Source: a candidate division FCPU426 bacterium (GTDB lineage: Bacteria; Oederibacteriota; Muellerivitia; Muellerivitales; Muellerivitaceae). From it: 64,000 bases of DNA. Of this stretch, positions 36,672-47,177 are shown piece by piece. The notes under the pieces are model-generated. The model saw only the letters and a program-made list of their open reading frames with translations, did no database searches and was not told where the DNA came from. The position numbers were made by a program, and so were the translations under genes. Each line of letters begins with the position of its first letter. Position 1 is the stretch's first letter. The stretch is from the NCBI GenBank assembly GCA_963738405.1, contig CAVTWJ010000009.1, forward strand, positions 128,001 to 192,000, written 5' to 3'.

Positions 36672-38180
36672 CTAAATCTTGCTCGGTATGAAGAACTTAA
36701 GTCGTTGCGATATCCGAAGTAGAGCGCCAGCGAGTCGGGTGTGGGGCTTGCCTGTCCAGAGATCTTTTAAAAGTCTCCAAATTCGAAAGGGCCTGATTAA
36801 AAAGCTGGCAGAAAAGAAAACAACGATACCAATTCCCCTAAAAAAGAAGAGGGACCAGGTAGGGATGAATTCTGAAAAGGAACGGGTGTTGGTTAAGAGC
36901 CTATAAAAGTAGGGATCGTTTAATGAAACCTTGTTTTCTTTCTGAAGTCTTTCGAACAGGGCTGAACCAGGGTAGGGTGAAAAAGGGAAAAAGGATAGTT
37001 CGTGCAGGCCTGCAAAGGCCAATTGAAGAGAGAACCCGTAACTGGCGAACACATCCACGATCCTTTCATCGGGAAACCCTACAATAAAATTGGCTTTGGT
37101 GACGATCCCCACTTCGACGGCTTGTCGGACTGAATCCGCCATTTTACCCTTATGAATTTTCTTTTTGATGAGTTGAAGCATCCGCGCCGACCCGCTTTCC
37201 GGGGCGTAGATGATGTGGCGGCATCCGGATTTGTATAGAAGCTTAGAAACCTCCCCATCCAGAATTTCCGAGCGCGTTCCAGAGGGAAGCTGCCATGTGA
37301 TAGGAAGACCGCTGTCAATTATGATTTTGGCCATCTTAAGAATCCAGTCGCGTTGAACGATCATAGTCAAATCGTAAATGTCGAAGTTTGTCACCTTGTA
37401 TTTTTCAAAGTAACCCTTCATCTCGGCTAGAACCAGGGCCGGATCCCGGGCTTTCCAAATATTTCCCCACATCTGGGGATTGGAACAAAAAGTGCATTGA
37501 AAGGGGCAGCCGCGACTTGCCAACATCGGGATTGTCCGGCCCAGATCCACGCCGGCCATGGCTTTGCTATCAAGATATTTATTGATAGGAAAAAGGTCCC
37601 AGGCAGGAACGGGGATTTGATCAATCTCCCGCACCCTATCCCGACGAGGATTGCGTTGAACCTCTCCCTCGGTATTGCGAAAAGCGATGCCTTGGACTTG
37701 GCTTATGTCCGACCCTGATGAAAGGGTATTGGCCAAATCGACCATGGTTTGCTCCCCCTCTCCCAAGGCGCAATAATCCAATGCGAGGCAAGTTTTTAAA
37801 ACAAATTCCGAGCAGGAGGTAATGTGTTCACCGCCGGCCAAGAGGGTCGCTTTTGGAAAACTTTTCCGAATTCGGTTAATAAGCAAGCGTACTTGGGGCC
37901 ATTCGGTTGAGAACATGCAAGAAAACCCGATAAGGTCACAGTCGGGTGGCAATTGAGTTGCGATTTCATCGTCCGATATACCCAACCGCAGGATTTTGGG
38001 AAACTCAGGAATCGGACTAACTCTAGTCAAGCCTTCTCCCACGGCGTCCACGACTAACACTTCATGTCCAGCCGCTAAGAGGGAACCGGCGATGTAGGCC
38101 AGGCCTAAAGGAGGTACGGCATTTGGTCGGATTTCTAATTTACTAAAAATGGTGGGTGGGCGAAGTAGAGCAATTTTCAT
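36672..38180 (-). CDS. B12-binding radical SAM protein (class B methyltransferase-like)
   Basis: PPLGLAYIA, GGEH, GEGE, SRGCPFQCTFC. Confidence 0.9.
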   Translation of the reverse strand: MKIALLRPPTIFSKLEIRPNAVPPLGLAYIAGSLLAAGHEVLVVDAVGEGLTRVSPIPEFPKILRLGISDDEIATQLPPDCDLIGFSCMFSTEWPQVRLLINRIRKSFPKATLLAGGEHITSCSEFVLKTCLALDYCALGEGEQTMVDLANTLSSGSDISQVQGIAFRNTEGEVQRNPRRDRVREIDQIPVPAWDLFPINKYLDSKAMAGVDLGRTIPMLASRGCPFQCTFCSNPQMWGNIWKARDPALVLAEMKGYFEKYKVTNFDIYDLTMIVQRDWILKMAKIIIDSGLPITWQLPSGTRSEILDGEVSKLLYKSGCRHIIYAPESGSARMLQLIKKKIHKGKMADSVRQAVEVGIVTKANFIVGFPDERIVDVFASYGFSLQLAFAGLHELSFFPFSPYPGSALFERLQKENKVSLNDPYFYRLLTNTRSFSEFIPTWSLFFFRGIGIVVFFSASFLIRPFRIWRLLKDLWTGKPHTRLAGALLRISQRLKFFIPSKI

Positions 38181-38541
38181 AATTGAATTGTCAGATAATC
38201 CCACTAAAAAAGTAAGTGGTCAACCCAGAGGGTGTATTGAAATTAAAATCTATTCGATTGACGCTTATTCTTTTTACTTAGTAACATGCGATTTTGATGG
38301 ATTGTCATAATTCTGACTGATTAATTGCATTTTAATTTAGTTGTTTCCCAAAAATGAATCCTTGAGGATCATTTATTAAGGAGCTGAATTCTCTTTCCAA
38401 CATTTGAAATGACTTTGGGATAAAGATGTAAGGTTTTAAATCTGGTATATATTTTAAATTACCGTCAGGGTTGAAGTTGAAAGCAGGTTGTTTCGTAATT
38501 TAGGCAAAATCGACCTAATAACAACTTCTTGAAGGATAGGT

Positions 38542-41265
38542 ATGGCGCGAAAAACTCGATTGTCGAAAAAAAATCTTCCCCCTGGTAGTAAGGAAGCGTC
38601 TTTTAATTCCACACCCGATCGACAACCTCCCGTCGAAAAATCATTCGCGCTTAAATATCTCAGCATGGCCTCCATGTTTTTGCTCATTATTGCCCTTTTT
38701 TGTTTTATGCAAAACACAATGTCATTAGGGGTGGTTTTAGTTGGATTGGCTTGTATCGCACAAGTTTCGAGTGTTCTTTTTGAAAACCGGCCTCCCTGGC
38801 TTTCTCGTATCCTAACCTTCTTCATTCCCGTGAAGGGCGTCGGACTTCTTTTTTTTATAATTGCTATCGTGGCTTTTGGCGGGTATCTCCTGACTTTCGA
38901 GAATTTTACCTGGTTGGCCCCGCCTAAAATTTTGACCCTGCCCTTTCAACAATCATTTGTAATTCTTTTGATTTGTTTTCTCGCGCTCGTCGGTTCATTC
39001 CGCCTAATGCCCCAAGAGCAGACAAAAGATTTTTCTTCTTGGACCGCACGGTTTTGGCTTTTTGTGGCCCTTGGGATAACCGCAGTTCTAGGACTTCATC
39101 ATGCCGATTGGCCAGTTGGAAGCTATTGGGAAGACATGGTGGACGCGGAAGTGGGTTTGGTCCGGAGAGTCGCCCAGTTGCACGATTACCGTGGAGCGTT
39201 CATTTTCGGTGGGATTGTAGAGCCCTTTTATGATTATTTCGAAATATTCATGTTCAGGTTATTTCCCGATGCCTCATCGCTCTTTATACAAAGGCTGTCC
39301 TGCGTTCTGATGGATATGGGGACTGTCTGGGTTTGTTACCTCTTGGGAAAGGAGCTTGTGGACCGGAAAACGGGAGTTTTTGCCGCTGCCGCTATCGCGG
39401 TCAGCAAACCTTTACTTTTCAAAATATTTTGGGGTATTCGATTCATCTGTTTGCCCCTGGGAACCGCCTTAGCGCTTTTATTTTTCTTTCGGGTCTTGAA
39501 GAAACCTTCCCTCAAACATTTTCTTCAGTGGGGAGTGATGTTGGCTTTAGGAGCCTACACCTATTCAACCTTTCGCCCCTTCGTGCCCTTTTTTATTTTC
39601 TTAACCTTTGGATGGGTGTTGCTGAATGATTGGAAAAATAATCTTCGCTGGATCGAATGGGGTTACGTGGGCATTAACGCCTTCGTTTTGCTCACATTCT
39701 TGCTTTACACAAATAACTTCATGCCGAGCGATAACTTTATTTCTCGTTGGCTAGATGCTTCCGGAGCTTTTCTCCCCAGCGTTGTGTTGTGCGGACTCTT
39801 TCTGCTAACCCTGAAGGTTTATCCGAAAATGATTGAGGATGAGGGTAAGCAAAGGTTAACGGCTTGGATAGCGGGGTCTTGGGTGTGTATTTTATTGTGT
39901 TACCCGGTCATGGCCAGTTCCGAAATTATTGAACGAATGCGCAATATGGAACATATCCAGGATTTCTCGACCTTTTTTGACCGAACTCTTTTAAATTTGC
40001 GGTGGACCCTTCAAGGGCTCTTCTTTAACGGCGCTGATCGGTCGGACATGAATATCAACCAAGACGCCTTTTTCAGTTATTCCGAGGATTTGTTAGCCGC
40101 CATCGGATTGGCCTACGCCTTGGCCCGGCCTAATCTTTGGAAAGGCATTCTTATTTTATCGGCATTTGTGGGCATCGCGCCTCATTTCGCCTCGGCGGGC
40201 GCCCACAGCGGCAGGGAGCTGCCTTGTATCGTGCCCTTATTCATTTTAGGAGCAGCTGGTCTCACCTATGTATGGGACCAGACCCTCGCGCTAACCCACC
40301 GGAAGTTTTTGGGGTCCTTGTTAGCTTCAGTGCTTTTGATTTGTTTTTGGCTATGGAGTGCGGGAGTCACCTTTGACCGTTCTTACGATCAATGGGCTGA
40401 GAAATATTTAAACGCGCATATCACTGTCCGGAAATCGGTTTTGCCGGACGAAGAACAAGGGAACCGGGTTTATCTGGAATCCAGCATGCTGGCCGTGGCT
40501 TCAGTTATCTATGAGGGTCACCCGGTCTTTCGATTTTTAGAAAACAAAAACCGAATTTATTTGGATGAAACCGAGAAAACGCCAACGGGTGTCGTCATTT
40601 ACACAAGCGGTGATTCGACCGTTTTGAAGAACAAGCTTCAGCTCGTATTTCCCCAAGCGCAATGGAAGAGCATCTTTATGACGGGCTTTCACTCGGATAA
40701 TCCGGTGGCCTATCGCTGCGCCCTCCCCTTTTCAGCCGTCAAAGATTATTCCGATCAATACCAAATCAAATTAGCCCATAACCCGAAATTAGAGCAAACG
40801 CAGCCTCCCCTTTTCGAGGTTGTCAAGGTATCGAAACCCTACTGGGATCGACTTCTTTCCCCCGGCTATCGGGGCATGACGTGGGGTTGGTTAGCGGATT
40901 GGGACAAGGTCAATCAGGGTGATGCCCCTTTTCGCCCGGACCTTGATTTGGATCAAATGTGCGTGCGGTATTTAGGCTCGATTCATGTGAATTCAAATGG
41001 ACGCTACGATTTGCTATGGGCTTTGGATAACCGTACTTGGGTCAAATTGGATGGGAAACGGGTTCTCGATATTTCGTTCCCGATGACGGATAAATTTATT
41101 TCCCCTCCAGCGAAAGGGAAGGTAGGCCTAACCTTAACCCCGGGTTACCATTCAGTAGAAGTTGATACTTGCTTTCAATTTTCCCGAGGTGCACCCGACT
41201 TGGCATTGTTAAAGAAGGGTGGCTCAGGAAAAGGGCAATCGCTTTGGAGTAGCTTTGAGTTTTAG
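38542..41265 (+). CDS. ArnT/PMT (GT39-like) glycosyltransferase with PA14-like domain, paralog of 29436-32126
   Basis: GSYWED, LGKELVD, AVSKPL, LGAYTYSTFR, LTPGYHSVEV; similar C-terminus (SLWSSFEF vs SLWSGFVF). Confidence 0.7.
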   Translation: MARKTRLSKKNLPPGSKEASFNSTPDRQPPVEKSFALKYLSMASMFLLIIALFCFMQNTMSLGVVLVGLACIAQVSSVLFENRPPWLSRILTFFIPVKGVGLLFFIIAIVAFGGYLLTFENFTWLAPPKILTLPFQQSFVILLICFLALVGSFRLMPQEQTKDFSSWTARFWLFVALGITAVLGLHHADWPVGSYWEDMVDAEVGLVRRVAQLHDYRGAFIFGGIVEPFYDYFEIFMFRLFPDASSLFIQRLSCVLMDMGTVWVCYLLGKELVDRKTGVFAAAAIAVSKPLLFKIFWGIRFICLPLGTALALLFFFRVLKKPSLKHFLQWGVMLALGAYTYSTFRPFVPFFIFLTFGWVLLNDWKNNLRWIEWGYVGINAFVLLTFLLYTNNFMPSDNFISRWLDASGAFLPSVVLCGLFLLTLKVYPKMIEDEGKQRLTAWIAGSWVCILLCYPVMASSEIIERMRNMEHIQDFSTFFDRTLLNLRWTLQGLFFNGADRSDMNINQDAFFSYSEDLLAAIGLAYALARPNLWKGILILSAFVGIAPHFASAGAHSGRELPCIVPLFILGAAGLTYVWDQTLALTHRKFLGSLLASVLLICFWLWSAGVTFDRSYDQWAEKYLNAHITVRKSVLPDEEQGNRVYLESSMLAVASVIYEGHPVFRFLENKNRIYLDETEKTPTGVVIYTSGDSTVLKNKLQLVFPQAQWKSIFMTGFHSDNPVAYRCALPFSAVKDYSDQYQIKLAHNPKLEQTQPPLFEVVKVSKPYWDRLLSPGYRGMTWGWLADWDKVNQGDAPFRPDLDLDQMCVRYLGSIHVNSNGRYDLLWALDNRTWVKLDGKRVLDISFPMTDKFISPPAKGKVGLTLTPGYHSVEVDTCFQFSRGAPDLALLKKGGSGKGQSLWSSFEF

Positions 41266-41375
41266 CCGAGTTGAATATTCATAATCGGTTTTTTCCTTTT
41301 TTTGTGATTCGCTCTCACTTATGTGAAGAATCAACTGATTTGAATTTCGAACGATCCTGAAACAGGGAGGCGATT

Positions 41376-42056
41376 ATGTTTTCAATTTTTTTAAAAGGAT
41401 GCTTGGGATTGATCCTAATGTCTGCAACCGCTTTGTTAGCCCGGGAACGAACCGGCGAGCTTGCTCCCGTGGAGGTTCAAAAGACTCAGCAAGAGGTTAT
41501 GAAGGCCCTTAAAGAGGGTAATGAGTTTCACATGGCCCACCTAGTTCGAAAATCAGGACTCCCCAAGGTGATGGTGGTCAGTTGCGCTGACTCCCGGGTG
41601 CCTCCTGAAGTGGTTTTTCACATGAAGCCGGGCGAGCTTTACACCAACCGAGCATTCGGCAATATTGTGGATAAAGTGATCTTGGGCAGCCTGGAGTATG
41701 GAGCCGATCGGTTGCATTGTTCCGTACTAGTGGTTTTAGGCCACACCGATTGCACGGCCCTTCAAGAGGCTATAAAAGAACATGATCATCCCAAAGCCAG
41801 TAAGGAACTTTGGCGCTCTCTTAACTTGGAAGACTTAAATGACCGGCTTCAGCCGGCCGTAGAGGCCGTCACCGAAACAAGCCTCACCGAGGAACAACGT
41901 TTGGACGCGACGGTGCGCACCAACGTGATCAATACCATGCGCACCATCCGCGAGCAAAGCCCGACTCTTTGGCAATTGGAGCAGGGAGACCTTCTGAAAA
42001 TTGTGGGCTGTGTTTACCATATCGATGGGGGCCGGGTGGAATGGATCAAGGAGTAA
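41376..42056 (+). CDS. Exported beta-carbonic anhydrase
   Basis: Signal peptide; SCADSRV, GSLEYG, GHTDC. Confidence 0.88.
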   Translation: MFSIFLKGCLGLILMSATALLARERTGELAPVEVQKTQQEVMKALKEGNEFHMAHLVRKSGLPKVMVVSCADSRVPPEVVFHMKPGELYTNRAFGNIVDKVILGSLEYGADRLHCSVLVVLGHTDCTALQEAIKEHDHPKASKELWRSLNLEDLNDRLQPAVEAVTETSLTEEQRLDATVRTNVINTMRTIREQSPTLWQLEQGDLLKIVGCVYHIDGGRVEWIKE

Positions 42057-42176
42057 AGGGCGGTCAATAATTCCGAACAGCATGGATCAAACGATTTTTT
42101 CTGTCGGGGCCATTTTTTCCTGAGAACATTTAATATAAACTCCGAATATCTCTCCCTAATTAAAGAAGGATTTTAA

Positions 42177-42890
42177 TTGCCTACCGTTTTTTTTAGCGTC
42201 AGTTCCACCCTGCTTCTTTTTTTCATCCTGACTTTGGTCTTGGGTTTCGGCCATTTCCTGCCGATACCCCTTCATGCCTTGTGGGGGCTATTCCTCGGGC
42301 TGGTCCTTGTGCTTCTTCAATGTTTGGTTTTTGGTTTCTTTATTGGAAGCGGCAAGACGATCAAAAAAAAGGTAAAAGAAGCGGCTCTAAGCGGGGATTG
42401 GGTCGAAAAGACCAAGGATTACAAAAACCGGGCCTATCCGAGCTTGATGCTTGCCATTGTTCTTCTGGTAGCGGCGGTGGCCGCCGGAGGGGCGGTTTCG
42501 GTTGGCCTTTTGCCTCCCTGGATTCACGGAGGATTGATGTTATTAGCGCTGGTGGTGAATGGACGGTCCCTATGGATTTCCTATCGAACGATATCTGAAA
42601 ATGTCCAAGCGATACACCAAATCAACCGGCAAATAGAAACCAGGGAGTTGGCTAACGGGGACCAGCCCCCCCTATCTGATATTTCAATTGAACAAGCCAA
42701 AACTGCGGTTGTTCTCAAGCTGTCTGCCCCCAACCTGTATTTTTTGGCCTTCGCCATTTGGGTTCCCTATATGTATATGAGATGGTCTTTGGGTGACCGG
42801 GCCATTTCTTTTTGGCCCTTTCTGATCGGGAGTTTGGGGTTGGGAATCGTCGGTTTTTTGTTTTCTTTCGGCAAAACTAACAAAAGTTGA
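42177..42890 (+). CDS. Multi-pass membrane protein
   Basis: About six hydrophobic helices. Confidence 0.65.
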   Translation: MPTVFFSVSSTLLLFFILTLVLGFGHFLPIPLHALWGLFLGLVLVLLQCLVFGFFIGSGKTIKKKVKEAALSGDWVEKTKDYKNRAYPSLMLAIVLLVAAVAAGGAVSVGLLPPWIHGGLMLLALVVNGRSLWISYRTISENVQAIHQINRQIETRELANGDQPPLSDISIEQAKTAVVLKLSAPNLYFLAFAIWVPYMYMRWSLGDRAISFWPFLIGSLGLGIVGFLFSFGKTNKS

Positions 42891-43041
42891 CACCTGCCAT
42901 AGGTTGAATGCGTCCAAAGAGGGACATCTTTTTAATCGGCTTTTCAGGGAAATCAGCTACAATGTCGCCCTTGTTCCAAACCTGAAGGCAACCGGCCTTA
43001 AGTCACATGAATTTTGAGTATTCTCGAGGATTTTAACAGGC

Positions 43042-43803
43042 ATGAAATTTAACTTTTTTGCTCTCGTGGGTGTTTTAGCCTCCATCCTCACGGCGGGCCC
43101 CCTTTTTGCGGATAATCCAAACGATCTGGTTCATTCCCGTACCTATATCGGGGTTGTGGGAACCTCCATTAGCGTCAGCAATAGCGGTGAATTTTCCGGC
43201 ACCCATTACGCCCGCACCGACACACCGGCTTATGAAGTCTTTTTATTGCCGTCCTTACAGCAAAATTTCGGTTATGGGTTTCTTCTGGGCCACCGGGAGG
43301 ACGCTTACGCGGTGGAAGTCAGTTATTGGGCCTCCAATCACACCGCCCTATTCGGCCCCACGGCCGTTAATTCCAACAACTATCCCGCCCTCGTCAACCT
43401 GCCTCAATATCAGGACACCGCCACTTACCAATCGATCAATGTGGATTTTAAAAGATATTTTTTTACCGAGCAAAACATCCAGCCTTTCGTCAATCTAGGA
43501 GTGGGTTTCCCCTGGATCACTGTCAATAATGCGGATATGAATTCATCTCCAATCCCAGGGGCTATGGGTTCCATTGGCTCGGTAACTCTCTCCGGGTTGG
43601 CTTTTGATTTGGGATTGGGTGTTGAATACTATTTTGATGAGCATTTCGCGGTCCAAATTGGCGCTATTGACCGTTTTGCCAGTTTTGACCAATTCAAAGG
43701 TTTCACTGGCCAATACAATTCCTTGGCGCAGTACACACCCTCTTCGAGCGACGATGGAAGCGGCCTATTGTTTTCAATCGGCACTTCCATTGGGTTTGAG
43801 TAA
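43042..43803 (+). CDS. Small outer-membrane beta-barrel protein
   Basis: Signal peptide; QPFVNLGVG, LGLGVEYYF; C-terminal IGFE. Confidence 0.75.
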   Translation: MKFNFFALVGVLASILTAGPLFADNPNDLVHSRTYIGVVGTSISVSNSGEFSGTHYARTDTPAYEVFLLPSLQQNFGYGFLLGHREDAYAVEVSYWASNHTALFGPTAVNSNNYPALVNLPQYQDTATYQSINVDFKRYFFTEQNIQPFVNLGVGFPWITVNNADMNSSPIPGAMGSIGSVTLSGLAFDLGLGVEYYFDEHFAVQIGAIDRFASFDQFKGFTGQYNSLAQYTPSSSDDGSGLLFSIGTSIGFE

Positions 43804-43809
43804 ATCACC

Positions 43810-44862
43810 ATGACCAGGAGCAAGTCTTCCGTGAAAAAAGTTCTTCTATTCCTTCTTTTAACGGTTTTGGGCGCGACCGCGATGGTCATTGGGCTGGCTT
43901 GTTCCGCCAACCCGACGGGCGCCAATTTTCAGGCTCCCATTCAGACCGTTCAAGCGGGGAACCCTACCCTCACCCCCACTTTTACTCCTACCTTTACGAT
44001 GACGTTTACGATCACCCCGACACCGACCAGTACGGTTACCCCGCTACCTCAATTGACGGTCTCGTGGGGAACTGGATTCGGCTCGTATTCATTTAAAAAC
44101 CCTTCAGGAATAGCGGTTCAAAATTCACCCTCGGTTTATGTTTATGTGGCGGATACGGGCAACAACCGGGTCGAGAAGTTCACGAACACTGGAAGCCTGG
44201 TGACATCATGGGGTGCTGGCGGCAAGGGCAAGGGAACAATCAATATCCCAAGTCCCGAGGCGGTCGCGATCAATTCTAATGGAACAACCCTTTACGTTGC
44301 TGAGTCGACTGGGATTGGGGTATTTGACCTCAACGGCAATTACCTCACTACCTTTACAAACCCTGGGACGGGTACCTTCAGCAATCCCCAAGCCTTGGCT
44401 TTGGATGGCACAGGTGACTTATTTGTTGGAGATACGGGAAATCACCGCATTGTTGAATTATCTTTTAACGGTTCCGCCCTATCTTATGGGTCGGCTGGCG
44501 GGATAACCATCACAGGCCCCAATGTCACGGGGTTGGTGGTGGATTCTTCCGACAACGTTTATGCCGCTCTCAGCAACAATACAATTGAAGGATTTACCTC
44601 CGGGGGAGTTTCCTTTTCCACGGTTCTAGGTTTCAACAATCCGAATGGTCTTGCCATGGATGCATCGAGCGATCTGTTTGTGGCGGATACAGGCAACAAG
44701 AGTATTGAGGAATTTCCAAGCCCAGCTCCCTACCAATCTCCAACAGTTTTCATCAATCCCAACTCAACACTCAACTCGCCCAAAGGCGTCGCGGTGGATG
44801 CTTCGGGGGAAATTTACGTGGTCGATTCGGCCAATAACACTGTTTATAACTTCGCGCCATGA
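43810..44862 (+). CDS. NHL-repeat lipoprotein with Thr/Pro linker
   Basis: Lipobox GLAC; TPTFTPTFT; repeated P.G.A.D...YVADTGN. Confidence 0.85.
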   Translation: MTRSKSSVKKVLLFLLLTVLGATAMVIGLACSANPTGANFQAPIQTVQAGNPTLTPTFTPTFTMTFTITPTPTSTVTPLPQLTVSWGTGFGSYSFKNPSGIAVQNSPSVYVYVADTGNNRVEKFTNTGSLVTSWGAGGKGKGTINIPSPEAVAINSNGTTLYVAESTGIGVFDLNGNYLTTFTNPGTGTFSNPQALALDGTGDLFVGDTGNHRIVELSFNGSALSYGSAGGITITGPNVTGLVVDSSDNVYAALSNNTIEGFTSGGVSFSTVLGFNNPNGLAMDASSDLFVADTGNKSIEEFPSPAPYQSPTVFINPNSTLNSPKGVAVDASGEIYVVDSANNTVYNFAP

Positions 44863-44882
44863 TGGGCTTTAGAGGATTTGAA

Positions 44883-46121
44883 ATGAAAAAATGGTTATTA
44901 TTGTTTTTGGTTGTGGGAGTCCTGGCCTTTCCTTGGGCCTGTGGCAACTCGCCCACCAGCCCCGTCGCCACCCCTACCTTTACACCCACAGCAACCAATT
45001 GGAACAATTTAACCTCGACCAACACCATGACGCAAACCATGACAGCAACACCTACCGTGACGGCTACAAGTACCCCTACAAACCAAAACGGTACACCAAC
45101 AGTTACTTTTAGCCCTTCAGCAACATTCACACCTTATTCCTACACTCCCACCCCCACTACCACAAACACAATTACCTTTACGAATACTATTGCTTGGACA
45201 AACACGCTAACACCTACGAACACCCCCGTTCCAACCAGCACTCCTATTTCGGGAAGCACCCCGGCCCCCGCTTTCTCGGCGCAAGTGACGACTGGGATTC
45301 AGTATCCAAACGGAGTGGCTGTGAGCGGGGCCACTCTCTATGTGGCGGAAGGAAACCCCTCTGTTGGAGTTGCAAAGGTTCAAGTGTTCACGATTTCAGG
45401 AACTGCGCTTTCACCTGTTACGACATGGACGGCTTTCGGCTCCACCAACTTTGTGGAACCCTATGGCGTGGCAGCCGCGGGATCTACTATTTTCGTTTTG
45501 GATAACGGCGGGGGATCCAACGGCACGGGCGTCCTTTATGCTTTTGATTCGGCTGGAACAACCTTGGGTTCCATTGATAATTACTCTTCCGCTTCTTTCT
45601 CATTTCCTGAAGGTGTTGCTGTCGATTCAACAGGAACCACGGTTTATGTTTCGGATACAGAAAATAACAAGGTGGATCAATTCACTTTTAACGGGACTGT
45701 TTTTACCCCTCAAAATCAATGGTCCGGCGGAACCCTAAACTTTTTGGAACCTAGCGGAATCGCCGTCAATGCATCCGGAACCGTTTACGTGGCCGATTCG
45801 GGCAATGAAGTCATCCAATCCTACAGCGGTAGTTGGACAACCTTCGCTTCCACCAATAATTTCACTTCCAACATTTCGGATGTTTATGGGGTTGGGGTGG
45901 ATTCGAGAGGCTATGTTTACGCTTGTGACGTGGCCAACAGCGTCGTTCAACAGTTTGATAATAACGGTAATTACCTGTCCTATAGCTCGGGCGGTTCAGG
46001 CAATGCGGTTTTTGAAAGCCCCGACGGAGTTGTTTATACGGGTTCCTATTTAATTGTTTCTGACTATGAAAACGGCGCCGGACCCGCCTACACAGGTTCC
46101 TTAGAGTTCTTATCGCCCTAA
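44883..46121 (+). CDS. NHL-repeat lipoprotein with long Thr/Pro linker
   Basis: MKKWLL...PWAC; ~100-aa TPT-rich region; NHL repeats. Confidence 0.85.
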   Translation: MKKWLLLFLVVGVLAFPWACGNSPTSPVATPTFTPTATNWNNLTSTNTMTQTMTATPTVTATSTPTNQNGTPTVTFSPSATFTPYSYTPTPTTTNTITFTNTIAWTNTLTPTNTPVPTSTPISGSTPAPAFSAQVTTGIQYPNGVAVSGATLYVAEGNPSVGVAKVQVFTISGTALSPVTTWTAFGSTNFVEPYGVAAAGSTIFVLDNGGGSNGTGVLYAFDSAGTTLGSIDNYSSASFSFPEGVAVDSTGTTVYVSDTENNKVDQFTFNGTVFTPQNQWSGGTLNFLEPSGIAVNASGTVYVADSGNEVIQSYSGSWTTFASTNNFTSNISDVYGVGVDSRGYVYACDVANSVVQQFDNNGNYLSYSSGGSGNAVFESPDGVVYTGSYLIVSDYENGAGPAYTGSLEFLSP

Positions 46122-46269
46122 GAACAATCCTAAAAAGTCTTCCTAAAACACCCTTTTCCTAAGATTTCCTACTATTTCCCAATAAGCTTGAGTTACAATA
46201 AATGCCAGAAAGCTTGGCAAAGATACACTTTGCCGACAATCCACAGGTTCAGGGAGGGACTGAAAGCGG

Positions 46270-47046
46270 ATGAGTCAAAAAACACTACTTTTTACAATGC
46301 TCGCTTTGATTTTGTCCGTAGGGGTCGTTCAAAAGATTTTCGCCCAAGATGATGATGCAAGATCGGCGGATTTCATCAAAAGCCGTACTTACATTGGTCT
46401 TTTGGGTACTTCCGCCACGCTTGATCAATGGGGCAATTTAAACGGAGGTTATCATTTTTCTTACGGCCCGGCGACGGTGGTTAGTGGGGCTCCTGTCACT
46501 GAAGTCGATTTGATTCCATCCATCACAAGAGAATTTGGATTTGGCGTTCTGGTAGGCCACCGGGAAGGTCCTTGGTCCGGAGAAATCAGTTTTTGGCGAA
46601 GCGATCATACCGCGACCTATGTAAATTCCTCTGCCGTGACTTTCACCAACCCTGCCAGCCTACAAGCGATTAATATCGACTTTAAGAGATATTTTCTGAC
46701 CCAACTACCCACACAGCCCTTTGTCAGCCTGGGGATGTCTTTTCCCTGGCTTTGGGTTCGTGGATTTTCATTGGTTCAAGACGGCTCCGGAAACACGTTA
46801 TATAGCGACGATGAAACCCTTTCAGGAATTGGTTTTAACCTGGGCGCGGGACTGGAAATTTACTTCGATAATAATATTTCCATATTGGGGGGCCTTTACC
46901 AGCGTTGGACCGGTTTTAATCAAATCAACGGAGCTTTTAAAATTCCCTCAAATAAACTTTACCTTGATGGCAACTCTAATGATGTGGGCGCCCTTGAAGG
47001 GGACGGCCTGAATATGTACGTCGGTACGACAGTCGGATTCGAATAA
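46270..47046 (+). CDS. Small outer-membrane beta-barrel protein, paralog of 43042-43803
   Basis: Shared SRTYIG, GHRE, INxDFKRYF, QPFV, GFE terminus. Confidence 0.75.
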   Translation: MSQKTLLFTMLALILSVGVVQKIFAQDDDARSADFIKSRTYIGLLGTSATLDQWGNLNGGYHFSYGPATVVSGAPVTEVDLIPSITREFGFGVLVGHREGPWSGEISFWRSDHTATYVNSSAVTFTNPASLQAINIDFKRYFLTQLPTQPFVSLGMSFPWLWVRGFSLVQDGSGNTLYSDDETLSGIGFNLGAGLEIYFDNNISILGGLYQRWTGFNQINGAFKIPSNKLYLDGNSNDVGALEGDGLNMYVGTTVGFE

Positions 47047-47177
47047 CTTAAAGTTCTCTTTTTTATTTCGCGGACCAGTTTAGGGTTGGGAATAGATTTT
47101 CACCCTAACTCCCCAAAATCGTAAAAGTTGGGTAAAATTAGTTTAATGTTTATCGATAAAAGAGGGGTGAGGCGAGA

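Noticed and set aside
43960..45270. ACN-CCN periodic repeats as DNA repeats
   Set aside because: Explained by Thr/Pro protein linkers
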